From Spirochaetia bacterium (GTDB lineage Bacteria > Spirochaetota > Spirochaetia > CAKZLE01): a stretch of DNA of 64,000 bases. The translations under genes and the position numbers were made by a program. Where the stretch lies: contig OY782041.1 in NCBI GenBank assembly GCA_963677595.1, positions 1,120,001-1,184,000 on the forward strand. Reading direction: 5' to 3'. The notes under the pieces were generated by a model, which was given only the letters and a program-made list of their open reading frames with translations, ran no database searches and was not told the DNA's origin. This document shows positions 1-9,108 of the stretch, piece after piece. Each line of letters opens with the position of its first letter. Positions within the stretch are counted from its first letter, which is position 1.

Positions 1-200
1 CAGCCAACATCTACGATTTGTCAATAAAAAAATTCAAAACATAACCTTTTTTACCTTCAATCGAAAGTATATAGCAATTCGGACACAATAAATCATTACT
101 ACACATGACTCACAACCGGTGTTTCACCGCTGTCAGCAGGGGAGATCCCCCTATAAACAGGATAATTCCTGCAAGCTTATCTCTTTTGAAAGAATGCATA

Positions 201-229
201 TTGACTTACGAATGAAACAATCATATACT
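201..229 (+). promoter_or_regulatory. sigma70-type promoter of the ROK-GRE-GMC operon
   Basis: TTGACT (201-206), 17-nt spacer, TATACT (224-229) upstream of the ROK kinase. Confidence 0.7.
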
Positions 230-279
230 TTCTTTACAATCTCATACAGTGATAAACCTATCAGGGAATGGAGTGTTGG

Positions 280-1251
280 ATGGATAAGCAAGATGTGATT
301 TGTGCCGTTGATATCGGGGGGACGAAACTCAGTCTCGCCCTTGTGAACAGGGACGGGACCACGATCGAGACCGTGACTGTCTATGACCATGTCTCATTGA
401 CCCCGGACGAGTTCGTCGATTATATCGGCGAGAAGACCGAAGGCCTCCTTGCGGGCAATAACATACCGAAGTCCAGGCTCGCTGCGATCGGCGTAGCGAC
501 TGCCGGGCACCTGAACTACGAGACAGGTACCCTCATAGCCATGTCGAACCTGAACGGCTTCACGGGATACCCCCTGCGGGACAGGCTGCAGGAGCGGCTC
601 TCGGTACCGGTCGCCATAGACAACGACGCGAACTGCCAGGCTGTCGGGGAGCTCAAATTCGGGGCGGGACGCCCCTATAAGGACTTCATATTCATCACCA
701 TCAGTACACAGATCGGGGCTGGTATCGTGGTCAACGGCGATATCTTCCGCGGGCACCACGGGACAGCCGGTGAGATCGGCCATACCATCGTCGAACCGGA
801 TAGTGATGCCGTATGCCTCTGCGGCAACCACGGCTGCCTCATCTCGGTGGCATCAAGCGTGGCCTTCCCCTATACCGCAAAGAAGTTCTACGAGCAGGGG
901 ATCCCTTCATCACTGATCGGCGGACCAGACTTCGATTACAGCACGGTAGACGGGAGGCTGGTAGAGGACGGGATGAACGCAGGGGATGAGCTGTGCACGG
1001 CGATCGTCGATGAATACGCACGGTACATGGGAATCGCGTGCTACAACCTCTTCCAGGTATTCGATACGCAGGCCTTCGTGATAGGCGGCGGCCTCGCATG
1101 CTGGGGAGATCGGTTCTTCGACGGCATCAGGGCGCAGTTCCAGAAGCTGGTACGGCATATGGCCCTCGAGGATATCACGGTCATCCCCGCAGAACATACA
1201 AAGGACTCAGGAATCCTGGGAGCGGCAGCACTGGCGCTGTCCCAGGCCTGA
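280..1251 (+). CDS. ROK family sugar kinase (glucokinase-like)
   Basis: DIGGT ATP motif, NDAN, GEIGH and CxCGxxGC Zn motif; no N-terminal HTH; ATG 280 has a GGAG RBS (ORF track starts at 268). Confidence 0.9.
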   Translation: MDKQDVICAVDIGGTKLSLALVNRDGTTIETVTVYDHVSLTPDEFVDYIGEKTEGLLAGNNIPKSRLAAIGVATAGHLNYETGTLIAMSNLNGFTGYPLRDRLQERLSVPVAIDNDANCQAVGELKFGAGRPYKDFIFITISTQIGAGIVVNGDIFRGHHGTAGEIGHTIVEPDSDAVCLCGNHGCLISVASSVAFPYTAKKFYEQGIPSSLIGGPDFDYSTVDGRLVEDGMNAGDELCTAIVDEYARYMGIACYNLFQVFDTQAFVIGGGLACWGDRFFDGIRAQFQKLVRHMALEDITVIPAEHTKDSGILGAAALALSQA

Positions 1252-1274
1252 TCGACTATAAGGAGACATGAGAG

Positions 1275-3698
1275 ATGAATGAGACCATACAGCATACACA
1301 AGCTACAGGATACACGGACCGGATCATAGCCCTCCGTGATGAGGTACTGTCGGCTAAACCGACGATCTGTATCGAACGGGCACGACATTATACCAATGTA
1401 TACCGGGAGAACCCGGACAAGCCGGTCATCACCGTCAGGAGCCTTGCGCTGGAGAGGACCCTCAAGGAGATGACGATCTTCATCGAAGACGGTGCATTGA
1501 TCGTCGGGAACCAGTCCTCCCAGCTCCGTGCAGCCCCGATCTTCCCGGAGTATGCCGTAGAATGGATCACGAAGGAGATCGATGAGTTCGAGAAGCGGCC
1601 CGGCGATATCTTCTACCCGAGCGATGAGGTGAAGAAGGAGCTCCTGGGGATCTGCGACTGGTGGCAGGGAAAGACGACCCTCGATAAGGGCAGGTCGATG
1701 ATGGCCCCGGAGTTACGGGAGATCCATGCTGCCGGCATCATCCGGGCTGAGGGGAACCTCACCTCCGGGGACGCCCATATCGCGGTTAATAACGAGCGGA
1801 TCCTGCAGGATGGTCTCGGGGCATTCATCAGCCGGGTAGCGCAGAAGATGGATGCGTGCGACATCAGCACACGGGACGGCCTGAAGAAGAAGGTCTACTA
1901 CGAAGCGACCAAACGGGCACTGCTCGCACTGCAGACATTCATCCTTCGTTATGAGGAGCTTGCACGGGCGAAGGCTGAAGTCGAGGCTGACCGTACCAGG
2001 AAGGCTGAGCTCATACGTATAGCCGAGAACTGCAGGAACATATCCGCAGCGCCACCACAGGGCTTCTACGAAGCTGCGCAGCTCACCTACTTCATCCAGC
2101 TGGTCCTCCAGATCGAGAGCAACGGCCACTCGATGTCCCTCGGCAGGATGGACCAGTACCTCTATCCTTTCTATGCTGCCGACAAGGCGGCAGGGACCAT
2201 CAGTGAGAACTTCGCGATGGAGGTCCTGGAGAACATCTGGGTCAAACTGCTCTCTGTCCACAAGATCCGTTCATGGTCACATACCCGATACTCTGCCGGC
2301 AGCCCGCTCTACCAGAATGTGACGATAGGCGGCCAGACCCGTGACGGGAAGGATGCAGTGAATGAGCTCAGCTACCTCATCCTGCAGTCCGTGGGAGAGA
2401 CCCGGCTGACCCAGCCGAACCTCTCCGTACGATACCACAGCAATTTATCAGAGGAGTTCCTCCAGGCCTGTTTCAAGGTCATCGAGAAGGGCTTCGGCAT
2501 GCCGGCGTTCAATAACGATGAGATCGTGATCCCCTCCTTCATCGACCTCGGTGTCGAGCCGGCTGATGCCTATGACTACAGCGCTATCGGCTGTATCGAG
2601 GTAGCGGTTCCCGGGAAATGGGGCTACCGATGCACGGGGAAACATTTCATCAACTTCATGCGAGTCTTCATGGCGACCCTGAACGACGGTACCGACCCGG
2701 AGAGCGGGAAGCAGTTCTTCAAGGGTGACGGCACCCTAGAGGATTTCGCCGACTACGACGAACTGCTGAATGCCTGGGGGAATCAGATCCGCCAGTACGC
2801 GAAAGCGGGGATATCGATCGATACAGCCATCGATACCGTGCTGGAGGCTGACGGGCCGGACCTCCTTGCCTCGGCATTCGTGGATGACTGCATCGAACGC
2901 GGCCTGACGATCCACGAAGGCGGCTCCAAATACGACTTCGTATCCGGGCTGCAGGTCGGCATCGCGAACCTGGGGAACTCGCTTGCAGCGATCAAGAAAC
3001 TGGTGTTCGAGGAGAAGAAGATCCCCGCATCACTCCTCATGGAGCACCTACGGGATGACTTCGCCGGCGAGGAGGGGGAACTCATACGACAGCAGCTGCT
3101 GAACCTCGCCCCGAAATACGGCAACGATGTCGATTACGTCGACGACCTCGTTACAGAGGCATACAAACTCTATACAGATGAGCTCCCGAAATACCGGACC
3201 ATCCGGGACGGGCGAGGCCCGATCGGGTGTCGATGGTATGCCGGGACCTCGAGCATCTCCGCGAATGTCCCCTCAGGGGCAGTGGTAGGCGCCACCCCCG
3301 ACGGGAGACATGCTGGGAAACCGCTGGCCGAGGGTGCATCGCCTTCAAGCGGCACGGACGTGAACGGGCCGACTGCGGTCTTCCGTTCCATCGCGAAGCT
3401 GCCGACCGACAAGATCCTCGGAGGCGTCCTGCTGAACCAGAAGACGACACCGGCGATCCTGGCTGAACCCGCGAGCAAGAAGAAGCTCAGCTCCATGCTG
3501 CACGCCTTCTTCTCCGACCTCAAGGGCTGGCATGTACAGTACAACGTGGTGAACCGGGAGACCCTGCTCGAGGCACAGAAGAACCCGGAGGAACACCGTG
3601 ACCTGGTTGTCCGGGTAGCCGGCTACTCCGCATTCTTCAACACCCTCTCGCCGGAGACCCAGGATGACATCATCGCGAGGACAGAGCAGAAGATATAA
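1275..3698 (+). CDS. Glycyl radical enzyme, YbiW/PflF (PFL2)-like
   Basis: C-terminal RVAGYSA glycyl loop, single-Cys GCIE loop; KIRSWSHTRYSAGSPLYQNVTIGGQ and GKWGYRCTG resemble E. coli YbiW as recalled. Confidence 0.9.
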   Translation: MNETIQHTQATGYTDRIIALRDEVLSAKPTICIERARHYTNVYRENPDKPVITVRSLALERTLKEMTIFIEDGALIVGNQSSQLRAAPIFPEYAVEWITKEIDEFEKRPGDIFYPSDEVKKELLGICDWWQGKTTLDKGRSMMAPELREIHAAGIIRAEGNLTSGDAHIAVNNERILQDGLGAFISRVAQKMDACDISTRDGLKKKVYYEATKRALLALQTFILRYEELARAKAEVEADRTRKAELIRIAENCRNISAAPPQGFYEAAQLTYFIQLVLQIESNGHSMSLGRMDQYLYPFYAADKAAGTISENFAMEVLENIWVKLLSVHKIRSWSHTRYSAGSPLYQNVTIGGQTRDGKDAVNELSYLILQSVGETRLTQPNLSVRYHSNLSEEFLQACFKVIEKGFGMPAFNNDEIVIPSFIDLGVEPADAYDYSAIGCIEVAVPGKWGYRCTGKHFINFMRVFMATLNDGTDPESGKQFFKGDGTLEDFADYDELLNAWGNQIRQYAKAGISIDTAIDTVLEADGPDLLASAFVDDCIERGLTIHEGGSKYDFVSGLQVGIANLGNSLAAIKKLVFEEKKIPASLLMEHLRDDFAGEEGELIRQQLLNLAPKYGNDVDYVDDLVTEAYKLYTDELPKYRTIRDGRGPIGCRWYAGTSSISANVPSGAVVGATPDGRHAGKPLAEGASPSSGTDVNGPTAVFRSIAKLPTDKILGGVLLNQKTTPAILAEPASKKKLSSMLHAFFSDLKGWHVQYNVVNRETLLEAQKNPEEHRDLVVRVAGYSAFFNTLSPETQDDIIARTEQKI

Positions 3699-3711
3699 AG
3701 GCAGGAAGGAG

Positions 3712-5262
3712 ATGGGACTTCTAGAGAACTATGACCTGGTCATCATCGGTGCGGGAATGGGTGGGAGCGCACTCGCTTACGCCCTTCGCCATACCAGTCA
3801 CTCGATCCTCATCCTCGAACGCGGGGAGTACATCAGGCAGGAGGACGAGAACTGGGATATAGACGCTGTCATCACGCAGCGCAGGTACGACCCTGATGAT
3901 ACCTGGGTCGATGCTGATGGGCAGGAGTTCACCCCACGGGTCTACTACAATGTGGGGGGCTCGAGTAAGTTCTTTGGGGGCTCTTCCTTCCGGTACCGGG
4001 AAGTGGACCTTACCGGCAGGGTATACCCTGAGGGGGAGACCGTCCCCTGGCCGGTCAGCTATGAGGACTTATCCCCCTACTACGATGAGGCAGAACAGGC
4101 CATGAAGGTCCGCGGCCTAGCCGGGGCCGATCCCACGGAACCACCAAGGGGAGCGTATCCGTTCCCGCCGATCGAGAGCGAACCGCCGATCGCCCAGCTT
4201 GCCGAAGGGTTCAGGGAACGGGGACTCACACCCTTTCCCCTGCCCATAGCTGTCTATCAGGGGACGAACGGCCACTGCCGGAAGGGGAGTCCCTGTGACG
4301 GGTTCCCCTGCAAGATAAGGGCTAAGGGAGATGGGGAGAATGCCTTCTTCCGCCCTGCCCTCAAGGATAAGAAGGATATTACCGTCATCACATCAGCCCG
4401 GGTGACCAGGCTGCACCATGACACTGCCGGTGACAGGATCTCCCATATCGAGGTCATGGTCGACGGGAAGGTCCAGACAGTCAGCGCACGGCTGTTCGTC
4501 CTAGCAGCAGGGGCAGCCAATACGGCGGCATTGCTGCTGGGCTCTGCTTCTGATAGGTACCCCCACGGGATCGCCAACGGATCGGGCCAGGTCGGGAAGA
4601 ACTTCATGGCCCATAACAACACCGTCCTGATGGCCTTCTCCCTGTTCCGGAAGAACCCCACACGATTCCAGAAGACCATCACCCTGAATGATTTCTACCA
4701 CGGTGATTGCCCACAGGGTCCTGGTGCCGGGAATATCCAGATGCGGGGGAAGGTGCAGGCTGCGAACAATGCACGGCATGCCAATCCCCTCGTCCGCCTC
4801 TTCGCCGGCTTCATCGCGGCACGTTCGTTCGATTTCTGGCTGATGTCCGAGGATCTCCCCTCAGCAGAGAACCGGGTCGAGGTGGTCCCGGCAGCTGGCG
4901 GGGGGACTCGTATCCGGCTCAGCCGGAGACTCAACAACCTGTCGGTCCATCGGGACCTGGTGAGATCGTTCAGGAAGATCCTGCGTTCCATGGGATTCAG
5001 CTTCATCATCGAACGGACACCGTCCCCATCGGTGATCCAGCATCAGGTAGGGACTGCCCGCGCAGGGCATGATCCTGCCACCTCTGTGGTGAACAGCTCG
5101 TGCAGGGCACATGAGCTTGAGAACCTGTACATCGTGGACGGGAGCATCTTCCCCTCCTCCGCTGCTGTGAACCCGGCACTGACTATCGCCGCGAACGCGT
5201 TACGCGTCGGTTCGATCCTCGCTGAGGAATTGGACCGGGCTGCAGGGAAGAGTGGGAATTAA
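3712..5262 (+). CDS. GMC family FAD oxidoreductase
   Basis: GAGMGG FAD motif, VGGSS, HQVGTAR, NLYIVDGS, NPALTI; start 3712 after an AGGAG RBS. Confidence 0.9.
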   Translation: MGLLENYDLVIIGAGMGGSALAYALRHTSHSILILERGEYIRQEDENWDIDAVITQRRYDPDDTWVDADGQEFTPRVYYNVGGSSKFFGGSSFRYREVDLTGRVYPEGETVPWPVSYEDLSPYYDEAEQAMKVRGLAGADPTEPPRGAYPFPPIESEPPIAQLAEGFRERGLTPFPLPIAVYQGTNGHCRKGSPCDGFPCKIRAKGDGENAFFRPALKDKKDITVITSARVTRLHHDTAGDRISHIEVMVDGKVQTVSARLFVLAAGAANTAALLLGSASDRYPHGIANGSGQVGKNFMAHNNTVLMAFSLFRKNPTRFQKTITLNDFYHGDCPQGPGAGNIQMRGKVQAANNARHANPLVRLFAGFIAARSFDFWLMSEDLPSAENRVEVVPAAGGGTRIRLSRRLNNLSVHRDLVRSFRKILRSMGFSFIIERTPSPSVIQHQVGTARAGHDPATSVVNSSCRAHELENLYIVDGSIFPSSAAVNPALTIAANALRVGSILAEELDRAAGKSGN

Positions 5263-6017
5263 TCGGTATCGGTACTGTCGCTGATGAGCACCGTGATGCC
5301 GGCAGCCTCGAGTGCGGCTTTCTGGCCGGTCGTGATCCCATTATCGGTGATGAGGAAATCGATATCCTTGATAGAGCAGATCTGGCAGAGGGAGGTCTTC
5401 CCGATCTTGGTTGAATCCGAGAGGACATAGGTCGTCTTTGCCTTCCTGGCTGCATTCCTCGCTATATCAGCACGCATCATGTTCGAGCAGGTGAAGCCCT
5501 GTTCTGCAGAGATCCCGTCCACACCGATGAAGGCTTTCGAGAAGTTCAGGTGCTCGAGACCGAGCTGGGCAAGGGTACCGACCACGCATTCGCTGTCATA
5601 CTGGTAGACGCCGCCGAGCAGGATGACGTCGATCGAGGACCCTTTCAGCTGTCGTGCCACGAAGGTGTTGTTCGTCACGATCTGGATCCCGTTCCTCTTC
5701 ATGAGATGGCGGGCAAGGAGGACGTTCGCAGAGCCGGAATCGATGAACACGATATCACTGGTATCGATCTTATTCGCGGCAAAGGCTGCTATAGAGGTCT
5801 TGACGGCAAAGTTGATGCCGATACGACGCATGATATCATCCTCGTTATTGAGGACTGCCCCGCCGTGGACCCGTTTCAGGAGTCCGTGATTCTCAAGGTA
5901 GTCAAGGTCCCCCCGTATCGTCACAGCACTCACGTTGAAATGCTCTGAAAGTTTGTTTACCGAGATCTCCTCATTCTCTCCAAGCATCTGGAGAATCTTC
6001 CCTTGTCGTTCGTTCAT
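5259..6017 (-). CDS. DeoR/GlpR family transcriptional regulator
   Basis: VSAVTIRGDLDYLE HTH, RVHGGA, FIDSGS, DSTK sensor-domain motifs. Confidence 0.92.
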   Translation of the reverse strand: MNERQGKILQMLGENEEISVNKLSEHFNVSAVTIRGDLDYLENHGLLKRVHGGAVLNNEDDIMRRIGINFAVKTSIAAFAANKIDTSDIVFIDSGSANVLLARHLMKRNGIQIVTNNTFVARQLKGSSIDVILLGGVYQYDSECVVGTLAQLGLEHLNFSKAFIGVDGISAEQGFTCSNMMRADIARNAARKAKTTYVLSDSTKIGKTSLCQICSIKDIDFLITDNGITTGQKAALEAAGITVLISDSTDTD

Positions 6018-6090
6018 AATCATTCCTCACGGCATAGTAATATGTATCAGGCTCTCTGTCCAGCCGGCTGACCTACCAGCGGTCTTGCTA

Positions 6091-7023
6091 TCACCCGGTA
6101 AAGAGCCTTGCCCCGGCGTCAGCTAACACCTTCCGGAACGCTTCCATCTCATCTTCTGCATACGGATACTTCTGTTCCGTGAACTGCCAGGTCTTCCCAA
6201 GCGCATGGTACTTCCCCTTGGGAAGCGGGTTGAAGTTGACCAGCTCTATCGGGATGTCGCCGGGAAGGGACGCGACGAAGCGTGCCGTCGGGTCCAGATT
6301 CTCCTCCCTCGTCGTGATCCCGGGGATCATGGGGATACGGATCACCATGTTGGAGGTATGTTCCGCGATGAACATGATGTTCTTCAGGATCTGCTCGTTC
6401 CGAACCCCGGTATAACGCAGGTGCTCATCTGAATCCCACAGTTTGATATCGACGAGGAACTGGTCGATGAACGGAAGTGCTGCAGCAAGGAGCTTCTGGC
6501 TGTAGGAAGCTGTGGTCTCGACAGCCGTGTGGACCCCCTGCTCCCTGCAGGCCTTCAGGATCGCCAGGGTGAACTCATACTGGACGAAGGGCTCCCCGCC
6601 TGAGAGGGTCACCCCGCCTCCGGAGCGCTTATAGAAGGATTCATCCCGCCTGATGACATCCACCAGCTCAGGGACCGTATAGGACTTGCTGTCCCAGTCC
6701 AATGCGGAGACCGGGCAGGCAGAGACACAGGTCCCAGCGTTCGTGCATCGGTTCCGGTCGATCCTGATGAAATTGACTTCCCCGGGGTGTGCCGAGAGTG
6801 CCTTGTTCGAACAGGCATCGACACATCGCTCACATTGTATACAGCGTTCGTGGTAGTACCAGAGATCAGGCTTCCGAGCTATCCCCTCAGGGTTCTGGCA
6901 CCAGATGCAGGATAACGGGCAGCCTTTCAGGAAGACGGTCGTACGGATCCCGTCGCCGTCGTGGATGGCGAACCGCTTGATATCGAATACATCCCCTCTC
7001 AGTTCATGCGTGCTTCTTTCCAT
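6091..7023 (-). CDS. Glycyl-radical enzyme activating enzyme (radical SAM with ferredoxin insert)
   Basis: HDGDGIRTTVFLKGCPLSCIWCQNPE, two ferredoxin-like Cys clusters, GGVTLSGGEP; TGATG overlap with the upstream gene gives start 7023. Confidence 0.93.
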   Translation of the reverse strand: MERSTHELRGDVFDIKRFAIHDGDGIRTTVFLKGCPLSCIWCQNPEGIARKPDLWYYHERCIQCERCVDACSNKALSAHPGEVNFIRIDRNRCTNAGTCVSACPVSALDWDSKSYTVPELVDVIRRDESFYKRSGGGVTLSGGEPFVQYEFTLAILKACREQGVHTAVETTASYSQKLLAAALPFIDQFLVDIKLWDSDEHLRYTGVRNEQILKNIMFIAEHTSNMVIRIPMIPGITTREENLDPTARFVASLPGDIPIELVNFNPLPKGKYHALGKTWQFTEQKYPYAEDEMEAFRKVLADAGARLFTG

Positions 7024-8159
7024 CACGGCACCTTGGTCCATTGCCCATCCGCATCCGCAGACCGCTCTATCGCATCAAGGATGTACTGGACCTTCAGCCC
7101 GTCCTCGATGCCCGGGGAGGGCTGTCGCCCTTCGGACACTGCCCTTAGGAACTGGTACTGGCTCTCGGCATGGGAGCGCTCCCAGCCGATTGGGGCCCTC
7201 GGCGGCGGCGTCTTCGCACCAGGGTAGTTCTGCATGCATTCCAGCCGCTGCCAGCCCCTGTCTCCCCCATAGGTCTTCGCACCCTTGGTATCGTCATAGA
7301 AATAGAGGTAGCCTGGTTCCATGAGGTCGAACTTGAGCGCGCCGTATTCCCCATGGATCACGATCTTCAGGTCATCCAGGGTCCCGGTAGCGAAGCGGGA
7401 ACACTCTATCGACCCGACCGCACCATTGGCCATACGCCCATGGACCCATGAGACGTCATCGACGGTCACAGTCCCGTACCGGCTCCGGTCCTCGACGAGC
7501 GGTCGGGAATTGATGAAGGTATGCAGCAAGCCCTGCACAGATTCGAAGTCACCGAGCAGGTAGCGTACAAGGTCGAGCACATGGGAACCCAGGTCCCCAA
7601 GGGCCCCTGACCCGCCCTGTTCCTTCTGCATCCTCCAGCTCAGTGGACGGTCCGGGTTGTGGTAGCCCGAATGGAGGTACTCAGCCCGGTAGGTGAAGAT
7701 CCTCCCGATCAGCCCCTCGTCCAGGATCTGCTTCGCCCGTATGATCGCGGGGAGGAAGCGGTACTGGAATACCATCCCGAAGGAGGCTGAGGATTTCGCG
7801 GCCAGTTCCGCTATCTCCAGCGCTTCGCTGATCGTACCGGCAAGGGGTTTCTCACAGTATACCGCCTTCCCCGCTTCCAGTGCCTCCCGGATGACCGGCA
7901 GGTGGAGCTGGTTCGGCAGCGTGATATCGACCACGTCTATATCTGGGGAAACAGCAAGCTGGTGCACGTCCCCGTCGGCATGGAGGAACCCTGCCTCCTG
8001 CCTGGCTGTATCAGCAGTCTCCTGCCTCGATGTGCCGACCCGCTGCAGGACGGGACGGATCCCGCCAGGATAGATGATGGGGATCGTCCTGTAGCCGAGT
8101 GCATGGACCCTGCCGATACCGCTGTAGCCTGCCATCCCGATCCTTATCTCATTCTTCAT
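7023..8159 (-). CDS. Gfo/Idh/MocA family NAD(P) oxidoreductase (levoglucosan/inositol dehydrogenase-like subgroup)
   Basis: GYSGIG Rossmann, CEKPL, GALGDLGSH, VDD...GAVGSIECSR. Confidence 0.88.
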   Translation of the reverse strand: MKNEIRIGMAGYSGIGRVHALGYRTIPIIYPGGIRPVLQRVGTSRQETADTARQEAGFLHADGDVHQLAVSPDIDVVDITLPNQLHLPVIREALEAGKAVYCEKPLAGTISEALEIAELAAKSSASFGMVFQYRFLPAIIRAKQILDEGLIGRIFTYRAEYLHSGYHNPDRPLSWRMQKEQGGSGALGDLGSHVLDLVRYLLGDFESVQGLLHTFINSRPLVEDRSRYGTVTVDDVSWVHGRMANGAVGSIECSRFATGTLDDLKIVIHGEYGALKFDLMEPGYLYFYDDTKGAKTYGGDRGWQRLECMQNYPGAKTPPPRAPIGWERSHAESQYQFLRAVSEGRQPSPGIEDGLKVQYILDAIERSADADGQWTKVP

Positions 8160-8953
8160 ACTAGTGTGCCGTCCTCGTTCCGATATTTCTCACTCAATCT
8201 CTCGAGATGCGTTCTCAATTCACGGGTCTTCTCAGCGATCTTCCCGCTCCCCGGTTTCAGGATCCCCTCAGGGCCTTTCAGCAGGGGAGACGAGAACTCC
8301 CCGACACTCATCCCGCGGGAAACGAAACTCTCCAGGTTGGAAGCATTGAGCCCGCCGTCTTCCATGAGGTCGACATCCTTCTCACGACCCCGTTCTTTGA
8401 GCATCTCATACATCTTCGCGACGTTCTCAATGACGATATCATCGATGATGTGGGGACTCCTGCCCTGTACCGGCGGTTTCCAGAAGGGGTAGCGGCATTC
8501 ATACTCGATGATGTCCACGAACGGGATACATTCAGCGAACGGATGGACCGGGGCCCCCTGCCATGCCCACACCCCGGTCTTCAGCCCAAGCTCCTGGATG
8601 TAGGTGAGGTTCTGGACGATGGTCTCGCCTGTGGTCTCTATGGGAACGGTGATCAGGTCTGCACCTGCATCACTGAGCTGGCTGAACAGGTCAAGCGTAG
8701 GCCGCTCCATCTGGAGCTGCACCTCGATCTCCAGGTTCGTATACTTCCTGATCCCGGTCAGGATATCGATCCCGCCCCGTGGGACATTGAACTGCATATA
8801 TCGTCCATCGCGCATCTCGATATGGATCCAATCCGCACCGCCTGCCTCGAGTTCGGCAACAGTATCAGCCAGGTACCCGTAGTCAGCCCAGAACAATCCT
8901 GCTGCGATCTTCACGTTCTTCTGAGGATAACCTATTTTCTTCGTTTTCATCAT
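8156..8953 (-). CDS. Ribulose-phosphate 3-epimerase family protein, divergent
   Basis: GADWIHIEMRDG, GADLITVPIE and MEDGG echo the RPE TIM-barrel motifs, with substitutions. Confidence 0.78.
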   Translation of the reverse strand: MMKTKKIGYPQKNVKIAAGLFWADYGYLADTVAELEAGGADWIHIEMRDGRYMQFNVPRGGIDILTGIRKYTNLEIEVQLQMERPTLDLFSQLSDAGADLITVPIETTGETIVQNLTYIQELGLKTGVWAWQGAPVHPFAECIPFVDIIEYECRYPFWKPPVQGRSPHIIDDIVIENVAKMYEMLKERGREKDVDLMEDGGLNASNLESFVSRGMSVGEFSSPLLKGPEGILKPGSGKIAEKTRELRTHLERLSEKYRNEDGTLV

Positions 8954-8995
8954 TCTTTCCTTGCGTTTGGAATAATTTTGCTTTTATTCGATAGT

Positions 8996-9024
8996 ATTAT
9001 AGCCTATCATCGTAAGTTACGCAA
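8996..9024 (-). promoter_or_regulatory. sigma70-type promoter of the epimerase-oxidoreductase-activase operon
   Basis: Minus strand TTGCGT, 17-nt spacer, TATAAT. Confidence 0.65.
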
Positions 9025-9108
9025 TGATTACTTACTCCTGGATGCATACTTCTCCACTTTCCAGGCTGGGACCATACCAGAGAGCGGGCGTTAGACAAGC
9101 CGGGCATC

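Noticed and set aside
1275-3698. Pyruvate formate-lyase call
   Set aside because: Single-Cys GCIE loop rather than the adjacent Cys-Cys of true PFL
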